56,875 nt of DNA from an uncultured bacterium (GCA_964422065.1 CAYQZW010000002.1:1-56875), one strand, 5' to 3'; numbered from the stretch's first letter, positions 36,949 through 46,486 are shown. The notes: generated by a model not told the origin, from the sequence alone. Numbers and translations: made by a program.

Positions 36949-37742
36949 GATGGTGGGTGTGGGTATTTTTGGGCGTTCATAGTGTGATGACAGGCCAATC
37001 GGTCAAACGCTGGACCTTAGACGGCAAGTATTCGGCAAGAGAAGCCCAAGCCCTTGCCCCGGACCGGCTGGCCATGGAACGCCGACTTCTCCAACTGGGC
37101 CAAACCGCGGAGGCAGCGGTCTCAGACTCCGAGGTCGCCCGATACATGGACCTCCTCTTGAAAGAGTTTTCCTCGCAAAAGGCATTCCAAGCCCTCTTAC
37201 AAGAACTGGGCCTCTCCCGTGCCGACGTCGAGAACGCCCTCAAGGAAGACCTCATTCGCTTCCGGGCCCTGGACCAAATCTATCAGGAGGTTCTCCCCGC
37301 CGATACGGACCAGGTAGAGGTCCCGGAGGAGCGGATCTATCGTGAAATCTACATCCCGGCCCCACCGTATATCTCGTGGTGGGACCGATGGAACGCCCGT
37401 CTTTATGCCTGGTTCCTCTGGACGCGTTTGAAATGGGGGGCAGATTTTGAAACCCTGGCTCAGAAATATTCCCACGGCCGAACCGCAAGACTCGGCGGCA
37501 TCCGGGAACCCATCGTCCTGGATCCCCGAAACCCCATCAGTCGAACCGTGTTCACCTTAGAACCCGGGGCCTTCTCTACGCCCGTTGAAACCCGGTGGGG
37601 GTTCTACCTGTTGTACTTGGAGGAAATCCGACCGGCACACAGGGCCCGATATGGGGATCTCCCCTGGCGCTTGAAACGGGCCGTAGTGTATCAACGCATG
37701 AAGGACCGACTCGAAACCCTCACCGGACGCAAACTCCGCTAA
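36945..37742 (+). CDS. Parvulin-type peptidyl-prolyl isomerase (SurA/PpiC-like)
   Basis: Signal peptide, helical chaperone-like N-domain, and a C-terminal rotamase-like segment FSTPVETRWGFYLLYLEEIRPA. ATGA overlap with the upstream gene. Confidence 0.6.
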   Translation: MRWWVWVFLGVHSVMTGQSVKRWTLDGKYSAREAQALAPDRLAMERRLLQLGQTAEAAVSDSEVARYMDLLLKEFSSQKAFQALLQELGLSRADVENALKEDLIRFRALDQIYQEVLPADTDQVEVPEERIYREIYIPAPPYISWWDRWNARLYAWFLWTRLKWGADFETLAQKYSHGRTARLGGIREPIVLDPRNPISRTVFTLEPGAFSTPVETRWGFYLLYLEEIRPAHRARYGDLPWRLKRAVVYQRMKDRLETLTGRKLR

Positions 37743-37754
37743 GGGGGTGATTCT

Positions 37755-38153
37755 ATGAAATCTGTGGGGCTCTTCGGGCTTCCCCCCAGAGGAGCAGTGC
37801 TGGCCCTGATTGCCGCCCTCGGGTTCGGAGTCCAATGTAGCAGGAACCAAATGAGAGCATCTGCACAGATTGTCGGGATCCACGCTCCCGACAGTGTGTT
37901 GGTCGGCAGCATCTTTCCCGTGGGTGTGATCGTCATCCTCCCTAATCCCTGCTGGCGTACCGCATGGCTTGACCCCATTCCGACATCGCAAGGGTACCGC
38001 ATTGACGGGGAAATTGAATATCAGGGTGGGATCTGTCCGCAATATGTCACTTCGGAAAGTCTGACGGTCTGGCTTTGGGCCTGGCCACAATCTTCGCTCA
38101 TCCTTACGAATACGAACGGAAGCGTACAGGAGACGGTTTGGGTGAAGGGTTAA
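37755..38153 (+). CDS. Small hypothetical lipoprotein
   Basis: 132 aa. Hydrophobic N-terminus with a lipobox-like GFGVQC. No recognisable family. Confidence 0.45.
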   Translation: MKSVGLFGLPPRGAVLALIAALGFGVQCSRNQMRASAQIVGIHAPDSVLVGSIFPVGVIVILPNPCWRTAWLDPIPTSQGYRIDGEIEYQGGICPQYVTSESLTVWLWAWPQSSLILTNTNGSVQETVWVKG

Positions 38154-41100
38154 TGGACTCCAAGCCGGACCACTCGCCGCCAAAACTCTTGATGTCCCAC
38201 ACGGAGTTGGAGGAAATATATCCCAGCAACTCGCGGCGTGGGGATCTCCACACGAGGGGCAAGGACCGGAACCTCGCCTTTCAAAGTTTTCCTGCCCGTG
38301 ACATCAAAGTATGTCCACTCCAGTGGTCCTGTGGGAAGCCGACCCTGGAATCGAAGGGTGACTTGGCGCCCCACAGGGTTGGGGGAGAGCCCCACCAGCC
38401 TCCACCCTGGGAACTTCCTTGGGCTCTCCTCCACAAGTGTCGTTGGAACATAAGGGTAATACTCGTTGGATTCGATATCTCCATTGACCTGGACTGGGGG
38501 TGGGACCTGCCACTGGAGGTAGCCACCATCCCAAGTTTCGTAGGACCCTACGGCCAGGTACACCGTGTCCGGCCTGAACCCGAGAATCGGCTCCAGGCGA
38601 ACTTCCCCTTCCAAGACGCCGTCTGTCCACGCCGAAGCCGCCCAGCGAACCACCGTCGTATCCGATAAATAGGTGCCATCCGATCGATACCACCCGGCCC
38701 AGTCGTTGTCGTTCTCGTCGGCCAGGAACAGATCATACCGGGCCACCTGACCGGATTTTGCCCATGGGGCAGGCATCATCGCACCTGGCCCGGTACTGAC
38801 AAAGATAAAGTGGTCATTCTGGAACCCCGGGGTACCATCTCCAGCCGATTCTGTCGCCACATAAAGCCGGCCCGAATCGCGTAGATAGTAAGCCCAAAGA
38901 TGCATGTCTCCGTGGGAGGAAAGGAGTACCGCAATGTCGTCTAATACTCCATCCATATGGAACCGAATAGACCCCACGACATATCTATAGTTCTGGCCCT
39001 GATTGTTGTCCCAGGTCTCGTTCCCCACGGAATCTTGAGCATGGAGTGCAAACTCCACCAGAGCGCCATAGGCCTGTCCAGGGATCCAGCCCCCATATAC
39101 CGTCGGATCCGGGTGGCCGTTCGGGTTCCAGTCGTGGGCACCTCCATCATCTTCCACCATGTCAATATCCGGATAGGACCAGTTTCCGTTCACACCGTAA
39201 CGAATCCGGACCCACTGAACTCCAGAGGGATCCGTGACCTCTGTAAGGACCAGGGCCGAGTCTCCGGGCAGGACATTTTCCGGCGGCTGTGTGTTCCAGA
39301 AAATCGGGCCTTCCAAGTCTCCGGGCCCAGGTTCATTGACCTCCGGAGCAGCGGCCCCGGCATAGAAAAACAGTCGGTAACTTCCCGCAACACCCCCCAA
39401 TTCAATTTTCTCTGCACCACCTCCGAGTTTCCCTAAATTGTGGTAGACAAGTCCTTGGCCTGAGCCATACAGATAGACCGCATAGTACCCTGTGACCGTG
39501 TCCTGATAACCGGCATAAGTCCAGCCATTGGGCGTAATGCCGTTCACAAATCGCAAGCGATACCCATTCGTGACCTGGTGATAGAGATCGGGGGTTACTG
39601 CAGACTTCGTCCAATTGGACCAGGTGGTCTGGACCCGCTGTTCCACGTAAGGGGTATTCACACGTAACACGACGGTTTTGGCCACGTCTGTCGATGGGTT
39701 CCCTTGCCAATCATAGGTCTCCTGGAGGATCAGTTTTGCGGAATCCCCGGCGAAGTTCAGGGCTTGGACCTGGAACCAGGAGTTCTCTGCTTGGCTCTCG
39801 TGGAACAACCCGGTATGGCCTCCATCATCGTAGTCTCCCTCTCCGCCATAAAATCCCATGGTATTGCCGACGGCAACGCGTCCGTCTGCCGTCACCACCA
39901 AGAGCGCACGCCCGCCCCGTTTCTCAAAGATCAGGGCGATCTCTGGGTTGAAAAGTGCATACTCCCGGATGCCATCTTCATCGTAATCACCGGAGTCTAC
40001 CCGTGCGATCCCGAGACCTTTCAAACTATCCAGCCAGGTCTGGGCCCAGGCATACAGGACACCGTATCGAGCATGGTTCCACTGATTTTTGCCCCAACCC
40101 GCGAGGGTAAAGGAGTTGGCGCCCGGATCCCAGGAATGCCAGGCCGTTTCATAGAGGTTCGCCATCGTTGTCATCCACCCCATCAGGGTGAACGGCCCCG
40201 AGGCGGGCAGCCCGACCAGTCGCTGATATGCCGCCTTCCAGAGGTCTTCGTAATCTCCGTAGATTCCATTCATATTGAGGTCCCGGGCCAGCCCACAGTC
40301 ATAGGCAACGGTGGTTTTAAAGTCGTTGTACCAGTTATCGTATGACCCTCCGGTCCAGGTATGGAGTTCATCATAGGTCGCGTAGGCGATGTCAATGACC
40401 GGAGGGTCATTGTTGGGGTCGTTGTCGTCATACATTTTGTCCAGTCCCCACCACTTACAGACCTCGGAGATATAGACCGGTTGAATCCAAGGCTGGCTGG
40501 CGGCCCATGCGATATTGGCATCGTAGGAGTTTGCCGGGACCCCAGGCTGTCCAAAATCCCAGCCAGCGACGCCGGCAGCCTTCTCCCAGTCATCGCCGTA
40601 AATCACTACCTGCTCCTGGTCCGGGTCGTTGTGGAGTTGCCAGAGGAGACTGTTGAGCGGATTCCCCGGCGCAGAGACATCGTTCCACACCCAGTTGTCC
40701 CGTGCAGTGCGCGAGATAAACACGACAAACACCATGTTGCCCTGGCTGTCATACATCCGGTGAACCTTGAAGGGATTGGAACACGGCGTTCCGTCAGGAA
40801 ACGAGTGGGGATACCAGCCATGGACGTTGTCGTCCAAAAGGATCACCGGTGGGATCCAGACGTAATGACCCCCAGTCGTATATCCATACTTGCCATAGAC
40901 TTCGTTGAGGACCTGGATCAGGGAATAAGGCATCTGAGTTTCGTTCTTCCACACCCGTTCTGGAATCCAGATGACCGTAGGCTCATTCGGGCGTCCGGGG
41001 TCCTTGATGACCGTTGTGTAAAGGGTTTTGACGTAGGCCATAGAGGCCTTGTTCATCTCATAGTCGGCATAGGGAAGGATGTTCTCCGCATAACTGCCGC

Positions 41101-41380
41101 CCACAATGGAGATCAGGGGATCTTTGAGTTTGTCAATCAGGCCTCGATCGTTACGGTTCCACACATAAGATTGGAGCAACGGACCAGAGATATGGAATTC
41201 AACAGGGACGCTGTAATTGAGGTGGGTGTCCACCGTCCGGTGATAACTGTTGCCGACGTATCCGGGGTCTCCAGGGAGGAGGGCATAAGTTCCATGGTCC
41301 GCAAAGCCTTGGTTGGCGTGGTGGACAAAGGCGATCTTGACGGTTTGACTCAAAAGGACACTCATCAAAAGCCAGGGCAT
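38150..41380 (-). CDS. Secreted multidomain GH57-like glycoside hydrolase with T9SS C-terminal sorting domain
   Basis: 1076 aa. GH57-type regions KIAFVHHANQ, VIWIPERVW (nucleophile Glu region) and YGDDWEKAAG (acid/base Asp region). The C-terminal ~80 aa LSPNPVGRQVTLRF...AGIYFLQLRVG resemble a Por secretion tail. Confidence 0.65.
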   Translation of the reverse strand: MPWLLMSVLLSQTVKIAFVHHANQGFADHGTYALLPGDPGYVGNSYHRTVDTHLNYSVPVEFHISGPLLQSYVWNRNDRGLIDKLKDPLISIVGGSYAENILPYADYEMNKASMAYVKTLYTTVIKDPGRPNEPTVIWIPERVWKNETQMPYSLIQVLNEVYGKYGYTTGGHYVWIPPVILLDDNVHGWYPHSFPDGTPCSNPFKVHRMYDSQGNMVFVVFISRTARDNWVWNDVSAPGNPLNSLLWQLHNDPDQEQVVIYGDDWEKAAGVAGWDFGQPGVPANSYDANIAWAASQPWIQPVYISEVCKWWGLDKMYDDNDPNNDPPVIDIAYATYDELHTWTGGSYDNWYNDFKTTVAYDCGLARDLNMNGIYGDYEDLWKAAYQRLVGLPASGPFTLMGWMTTMANLYETAWHSWDPGANSFTLAGWGKNQWNHARYGVLYAWAQTWLDSLKGLGIARVDSGDYDEDGIREYALFNPEIALIFEKRGGRALLVVTADGRVAVGNTMGFYGGEGDYDDGGHTGLFHESQAENSWFQVQALNFAGDSAKLILQETYDWQGNPSTDVAKTVVLRVNTPYVEQRVQTTWSNWTKSAVTPDLYHQVTNGYRLRFVNGITPNGWTYAGYQDTVTGYYAVYLYGSGQGLVYHNLGKLGGGAEKIELGGVAGSYRLFFYAGAAAPEVNEPGPGDLEGPIFWNTQPPENVLPGDSALVLTEVTDPSGVQWVRIRYGVNGNWSYPDIDMVEDDGGAHDWNPNGHPDPTVYGGWIPGQAYGALVEFALHAQDSVGNETWDNNQGQNYRYVVGSIRFHMDGVLDDIAVLLSSHGDMHLWAYYLRDSGRLYVATESAGDGTPGFQNDHFIFVSTGPGAMMPAPWAKSGQVARYDLFLADENDNDWAGWYRSDGTYLSDTTVVRWAASAWTDGVLEGEVRLEPILGFRPDTVYLAVGSYETWDGGYLQWQVPPPVQVNGDIESNEYYPYVPTTLVEESPRKFPGWRLVGLSPNPVGRQVTLRFQGRLPTGPLEWTYFDVTGRKTLKGEVPVLAPRVEIPTPRVAGIYFLQLRVGHQEFWRRVVRLGVH

Positions 41381-41432
41381 ACCCTAATTGTAGGGCATAT
41401 CGCCCTGTGGAAGGGATCAGAAGAGGCTCTGC

Positions 41433-42752
41433 CTATTGGCGCTTCATCGAACTCGCAGAAGGAGGGCGGGCCTCCACTACCACCTCCTCCTCACTCTCCT
41501 GCCAACGCTGAATCAGGTAGTCTTTCATCTCTTCAAAAACCAAGGCTTGTCCCTCGTAATACTGCTCGACGTCTGGGTCTCCAACATGCCGAAGCTCGTT
41601 CACAATGGAGGCGACTCGTGCATTATAGAGGGGGATCATCAATTCCACGAGTTTCCCCTTATGCCGGGGGGTTCGGTGATAGGCCACTGCGAAGTCATAG
41701 ACGATCTTGACCCAATTCTCCACGGATAAGTAGAAGTTTTCTGGGGGTAGCTGGGACGTTTTCTCCAAATCACGATAGGTTTGACCGCCTACAATCTGAT
41801 GCCAGACCGGCCCAAAGTTCTTCAGCCCGACCACAAAAGATTCGACCAAGGCATGGATGTCGATCTCAAAGGGTCGAATCTCACCGGGGATCTCTTTCCC
41901 CAGGATCGGGACCTCCTCACTCCCTCGGATCTTTTGCCAGAAAGAGGCATACTGTTCCATCAGGGAGTATAGGGTCCCGACCACCTGTCGGAACATGGGG
42001 CCCAAATGCTCGGCAGGGTCTTTGGCGGCATGGATTTTGACCCCCAGCCGGGATTGAGCGATCCGGAAGCCCCGGACGATTGCCAGGGTCGTCAACCAGA
42101 TATCAATGCCAAACTTCGCCACATCGGTCTCCCACACATCTTCTTCTAAGGCTGCACGAATCATGGGCCGGGAGAGAGCAAAGTCCCCGCCGATGGGCTG
42201 TCGGATCCGCTTCCCATACAGGGCTCGGTTGAGGTTGTAAGCGATGGTATTCGTGATGGTTCCGTCCAGTTTATATCGTCGGTAATACGGCGCAATAAAG
42301 TCATAGCCCTCATCCAGTATGGGTTCGGCCAAATTGGGAATCCATTCCGGCAAGATGGATTTCAGGTCGGCGTCCAGGAGGATCACGAGTCGAGCCTTGA
42401 GGAACCGTGCCGCTTCAAAGATCCCGCGGACGGCGGACCCCTTCCCCGGCACGCCCCGGTAAATCATCACGATCTTTTCAATGTTGAAGGTCTCAATGTC
42501 CGTATCCCGAGCCACTTCTCGTGTATCGTCTGTTGAGCCGCCATCAGAAACCAAGATCAGGCTTCGAAACCTGGGGTAGTATTGGCTGAGACCGTGGGCA
42601 GCCATCTCGATGACGTGCCGGATGGTGTCCTGAGCGTTGAAGCACGGGATCCCGACGATCAGGTCCGCCTCCCCAAAACGCTCTAATTTTCGACGTGCGT
42701 CCTCACGTAATGCAGTGGAAAACCGACGTCTCTCCATCATGGCCTCCTTCAC
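41433..42752 (-). CDS. GT-A glycosyltransferase, second GpgS-like (GT2/GT81-like) paralogue with extended C-terminus
   Basis: VGIPCFNAQDTI, GKGSAVRG, ILLDADL (DxD), RQPIGGDFALSR and KFGIDIWLT. ATGA-type overlap with the upstream phosphatase gene. Confidence 0.6.
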   Translation of the reverse strand: MKEAMMERRRFSTALREDARRKLERFGEADLIVGIPCFNAQDTIRHVIEMAAHGLSQYYPRFRSLILVSDGGSTDDTREVARDTDIETFNIEKIVMIYRGVPGKGSAVRGIFEAARFLKARLVILLDADLKSILPEWIPNLAEPILDEGYDFIAPYYRRYKLDGTITNTIAYNLNRALYGKRIRQPIGGDFALSRPMIRAALEEDVWETDVAKFGIDIWLTTLAIVRGFRIAQSRLGVKIHAAKDPAEHLGPMFRQVVGTLYSLMEQYASFWQKIRGSEEVPILGKEIPGEIRPFEIDIHALVESFVVGLKNFGPVWHQIVGGQTYRDLEKTSQLPPENFYLSVENWVKIVYDFAVAYHRTPRHKGKLVELMIPLYNARVASIVNELRHVGDPDVEQYYEGQALVFEEMKDYLIQRWQESEEEVVVEARPPSASSMKRQ

Positions 42753-43594
42753 CCCGAAGGTGTGGATAGTTTGAGGTCAATGAGCACTGTTCTCAAGGCC
42801 TCCGCCCAGCCCTTGGGGCCTGGCGCAGGCGCAACCTGCCACCCCGTCTTCTGAAGTGCAGGATGAGGGCCTTGTGGCCCCGGGATCACGATCGCGATTT
42901 CGACCTGTTCTAACATCTCCCGGTCATTGGGGCTGTTCCCCAGTCCAATGGCCAGAATCTGATCTTTTGGAAAGGTTTTGCGGTACAACCGAAGGACCTC
43001 CTGGACCACGGCCCCTTTGCCCGCACGTAGGCCAATGAGATGGGAAAACCGATCCCCTTGAACTACCCGAAACCCCCGTTGTTTTGCAGCGGAATGAAGC
43101 AAACTATGGAACCGTTCGGGTGGGGTCAGAAATGGCTCGGAGAACTCACGGGCCCTGGCCCGCACCGCTTCGGCATGGGAGAGACCGGTCAGGTCTTGGA
43201 TCTCCGTCAAGTCCATATCTCCAAACCCTCGGAGGGGGTACCCCAGATCCTCAGCGAGCTGCTTCAGTCCTTGCCGTGCAATCTCATAGGTACATCCCAA
43301 CTGGATCATTCGATAGGGCCCAACAATGACCCCTTCGGTCAAGGCAGACAGCGGTTCCTCTTCCAGAGGGAAAAATGCAGCACTTCCGTTCTCAACAATA
43401 AACGGGCCCTTCAAACCGGTCCGCTCCCTGAGCGCTTCCACCTCTGCACGGGTCTTGCTCGTGGTCGGAATCACGGGAATCTGGTGGTCTTGAAGATGGG
43501 ACAGGAGAGGGGCGGCTGGACCCAAATCGTAGGTCTCTGGGTCCAGCAAGGTACCATCCAGATCGGTAAAAATGACGACGCGGAGCCCCATCAC
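42749..43594 (-). CDS. HAD-IIB sugar-phosphoglycerate phosphatase (MpgP/GpgP family)
   Basis: IFTDLDGTLLD (motif I), PVIPTTSKTRAE (motif II) and GLGNSPNDREML (motif IV). Overlaps both neighbours by 4 nt. Confidence 0.78.
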   Translation of the reverse strand: MMGLRVVIFTDLDGTLLDPETYDLGPAAPLLSHLQDHQIPVIPTTSKTRAEVEALRERTGLKGPFIVENGSAAFFPLEEEPLSALTEGVIVGPYRMIQLGCTYEIARQGLKQLAEDLGYPLRGFGDMDLTEIQDLTGLSHAEAVRARAREFSEPFLTPPERFHSLLHSAAKQRGFRVVQGDRFSHLIGLRAGKGAVVQEVLRLYRKTFPKDQILAIGLGNSPNDREMLEQVEIAIVIPGPQGPHPALQKTGWQVAPAPGPKGWAEALRTVLIDLKLSTPSG

Positions 43595-44793
43595 CGATTG
43601 ACCTTCAATGGCTCCTCAAGAACTTCCATCAGGCGGGCCATGACCCCTTCCAGTGCCACCTCCACCCGACGCCAGTTCGGAATGAGGGGTGATCCGAAGG
43701 GGTACTTGTGAAGCTCTTCGAAGGCGTTGTCCAATGCGTTCGCGAAGGTTTCTACGGCGGTCATCTCTTCGTGGAGATCGTACTCTAAGTCGTTCATACG
43801 GGCCATGGCCTCATAGACCCCGACTACTTCACGGGCCTCTGTCAGATAAGTCAACTTCAGGGTATGGAAGAGTTCACGATCGATGACGACCCCCTGAGCG
43901 GCCAGGTTGGCGAAAAAGGTCCGCGCAATGTCCGAAACCATCCGCAATAGGCCCGTACGTGGCGTCTTGCCGACCTTCTGATGCTTGTGGTCATACCGAT
44001 GGGTCAACTCGACCTGGCAAATCCGTGGGATGGTCACGAGGTGGTAGATCTCGGAAAGGATTCCGACCTCGATACCCCAGTCTGAGGGGAACCGGATTTC
44101 GCGTGCGATATCCGCAAACGTGGCGAACTCACCAGATAACGGGTACCGGAAGTCTGCCATGTACTCTAAGAAATCGGTGTGACCAAAAATTTCGCGTAGT
44201 GAGCGTACAAAAGGCCAATAGAAAAGCCGAACGACCCGGCCATAGAGTTTGTTAGAGAATCGTGCATAAAAGCCCTTCGCAAACTGATACCTCAAGGCAA
44301 CAACCGGATATAGAAGCCGGATCAAAAGGTTCTTATCGTAGGTCAGGATATCGGCATCATGAAATGCCAAGACGGAGACCTCTCCTTTTGCCAGGACATA
44401 CCCAAGGGCGGTCCAGACCGCGCGACCCTTGCCCAGCGGACCTAAAGGCAAAAGACTCTCAATAGCAGCAATGACTTCTTGGACCTTGGGATTGTTGTTC
44501 CACAGAAGAACCGCTCGATCCCCGAGGGGCTCAACGATTTTGAGTCCCTGCCGGAATTCTTCTTCGTCCGCCCGGTCTAAACTGATATAAACCCGATAGA
44601 CAAATTCGGCCTTTTTCAATTCCTGAATAATGTTGGCCATGGCCGGGCTCGCGAGGTCGGAATAGAGTGCGGGGATGATGACCCCAATCCGCATTTTCCG
44701 GGAGGCCCTCAGGATGCGGGCCTCCATCTTTTCCAGGGCCTCTTCACGGAGCAGCGTGAAAGTCGGGACCCGGTTGATATAGAAATCGGCCAT
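43591..44793 (-). CDS. gpgS: Glucosyl-3-phosphoglycerate synthase-like retaining glycosyltransferase (GT81-like)
   Basis: GKGRAVWTALGY, AFHDADILTYD, YGRVVRLFYWPFVRSL, YPLSGEFA, DWGIEVGILSEI and THRYDHKHQ parallel the GpgS motifs as I recall them. No GT55 MpgS motifs. Confidence 0.65.
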   Translation of the reverse strand: MADFYINRVPTFTLLREEALEKMEARILRASRKMRIGVIIPALYSDLASPAMANIIQELKKAEFVYRVYISLDRADEEEFRQGLKIVEPLGDRAVLLWNNNPKVQEVIAAIESLLPLGPLGKGRAVWTALGYVLAKGEVSVLAFHDADILTYDKNLLIRLLYPVVALRYQFAKGFYARFSNKLYGRVVRLFYWPFVRSLREIFGHTDFLEYMADFRYPLSGEFATFADIAREIRFPSDWGIEVGILSEIYHLVTIPRICQVELTHRYDHKHQKVGKTPRTGLLRMVSDIARTFFANLAAQGVVIDRELFHTLKLTYLTEAREVVGVYEAMARMNDLEYDLHEEMTAVETFANALDNAFEELHKYPFGSPLIPNWRRVEVALEGVMARLMEVLEEPLKVNR

Positions 44794-44910
44794 ACACCTT
44801 AATTATAGGTGTGTGTCGAAGAGAGGTCAAACTCGACGATCTTCTCGTTTTCCCAGGTATCCCTATATCGAAAGGCTTCCCCTATCGTAGCCCCAGATCT
44901 CTGGATTTGC

Positions 44911-44939
44911 TTGACAGGTTTTCCCGAAAAGGGTAATAT
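44911..44939 (+). promoter_or_regulatory. Sigma70-like promoter upstream of the cbb3 oxidase cluster
   Basis: TTGACA (44911-44916), 17-nt spacer, TAATAT (44934-44939). Confidence 0.5.
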
Positions 44940-45073
44940 TTGACGCAACTGGTTCCAAAGATGATGAGATTTCAAGATTAGGGTATCACCATGACGCAAC
45001 ACAATGAAACGGAGGAGGTTTTGCACATGGTGTCATTGAAGAGGCAGGGCATAAGGCAACGGGAGGGGAGCCC

Positions 45074-46474
45074 ATGACTTCTAAGCGAGCGGTAATCAAC
45101 GGACGTTTGGTCCGGGCCTACACCTACGTAGCCCTGTTCGGCATCCTGATTCCCCTTTTGATCGCACTTCTTCTGGCGGCGAAATTGGTCTGGCCCCACT
45201 TCCTCGGGGATACGCCTTGGCTCCAGTTCGGTCGCCTTCGGGTCTTCCATACCAATGGCGTCATCTACGGCTGGCTGGGCCTTTCCTTCCTGGCTATCCT
45301 GAACTACATTGTGCCCAAACTTACGAATCGCCCCCTACTTTCTGAGAAACTCGCCTGGTGGACCCTCGGGGTCTGGGTGATCGCCGTGACGGTAGGGCTG
45401 GTGGCCATCCTCATGGGCCACATGCAAGCCATTGAGTACGCTGAGTTTCCGTGGTACGCTGATATCCTCTTTGCGATTGCCTTCCTGATGGCGACCGTGA
45501 ATTATCTCGGCACAATCTTTAAATCCCCAGAAAAACAACTCTATGTCAGTTCCTGGTACTTCATTCTGGGCTTTGCGTTCACTGTTCTGAACTACGTCAT
45601 GGCGAATACCATCCCGGCCTATGCAGCCCCCGGAGCGGCAGGTGCGGCGATCACCGGATTGTGGATTCATAACGCCGTGGGACTCTTCATTACACCTATC
45701 GGGGTCGGGATCGTTTACTTCATGCTCCCCGTTATGCTGAAAAAGCCGGTCTATAGCCATCTGCTCTCTCTGATTGGGTTCTGGACCCTGGCGTTCTTCT
45801 ATCCTCTTGGCGGTGCCCATCACTACTTCTTCAGCCCGATCCCACGGTGGGTTCAGGTCCTCGCTGTGCCGTTGACCGTGGTCCTCTTCGTCGTGGTGGT
45901 GACCGTCGTCTACAACTGGATCAAAACCCTTGAAGGAGATTGGCATCAGGTCCCCAAGAGTGTTGCATTGACCTTCATTGTGACCGGGATTATCGCGTAC
46001 ATGGTCACGTGCACCCAAGGCCCATTCCAGGCTTTCTTATCGATCCAGAAAGTCATCCACTTCACGGATTGGGTCGTTGCACATGCCCACCTCGCTCTCC
46101 TCGGAACCTTCACCTTTTGGAACATCGGGGCCATGTTCTACATCTGGCCCAAAGTAACCGGGAAACGCCTTTATTCCACAAAACTCGCCTGGTGGACCTA
46201 TTGGCTGCTGCTCATCGGGTTTTACGGCCTTTACTTCCTGCCGCTAACGGGGCTCGGCCTCGTGGAAGGCTACCTCTGGCTGAGTGGTGCCCCCTTCTCC
46301 GAGGTGATCCTCTCCGCCAAGCCGATGTGGTTCATGCGGTTCATCGGAGGGCTTCTGATCTACATTGGCCTCCTCCTCTTTGCGTATAACCTGTGGCGGT
46401 CAACAAAGGCCGGAACTCCTGCGACGGATGAAGAAGAGGCACCGGAAACCCTCCTCAACCCAATACCGGCCTAA
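45074..46474 (+). CDS. ccoN: cbb3-type cytochrome c oxidase subunit I
   Basis: 466 aa, about 12 TM segments. HTNGVIYGW, WIHNAVG, GAHHYF and HFTDWVVAHAHLALLG motifs. Confidence 0.9.
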   Translation: MTSKRAVINGRLVRAYTYVALFGILIPLLIALLLAAKLVWPHFLGDTPWLQFGRLRVFHTNGVIYGWLGLSFLAILNYIVPKLTNRPLLSEKLAWWTLGVWVIAVTVGLVAILMGHMQAIEYAEFPWYADILFAIAFLMATVNYLGTIFKSPEKQLYVSSWYFILGFAFTVLNYVMANTIPAYAAPGAAGAAITGLWIHNAVGLFITPIGVGIVYFMLPVMLKKPVYSHLLSLIGFWTLAFFYPLGGAHHYFFSPIPRWVQVLAVPLTVVLFVVVVTVVYNWIKTLEGDWHQVPKSVALTFIVTGIIAYMVTCTQGPFQAFLSIQKVIHFTDWVVAHAHLALLGTFTFWNIGAMFYIWPKVTGKRLYSTKLAWWTYWLLLIGFYGLYFLPLTGLGLVEGYLWLSGAPFSEVILSAKPMWFMRFIGGLLIYIGLLLFAYNLWRSTKAGTPATDEEEAPETLLNPIPA

Positions 46475-46486
46475 GGGAGGCAAGCC

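Noticed and set aside
40361-41710. 449-aa plus-strand ORF spanning the GH57-like and GT genes
   Set aside because: It is antisense to two well-supported minus-strand genes and crosses their intergenic spacer. Its composition is low-complexity (V/R/D/P-rich) with no recognisable domain.
43591-44793. Annotation as mannosyl-3-phosphoglycerate synthase (GT55 MpgS)
   Set aside because: It has none of the Thermus/Pyrococcus MpgS signatures I recall (DADNY, NPH.HE). The motif series instead matches GpgS-type (GT81-like) enzymes. The specificity is still unproven.
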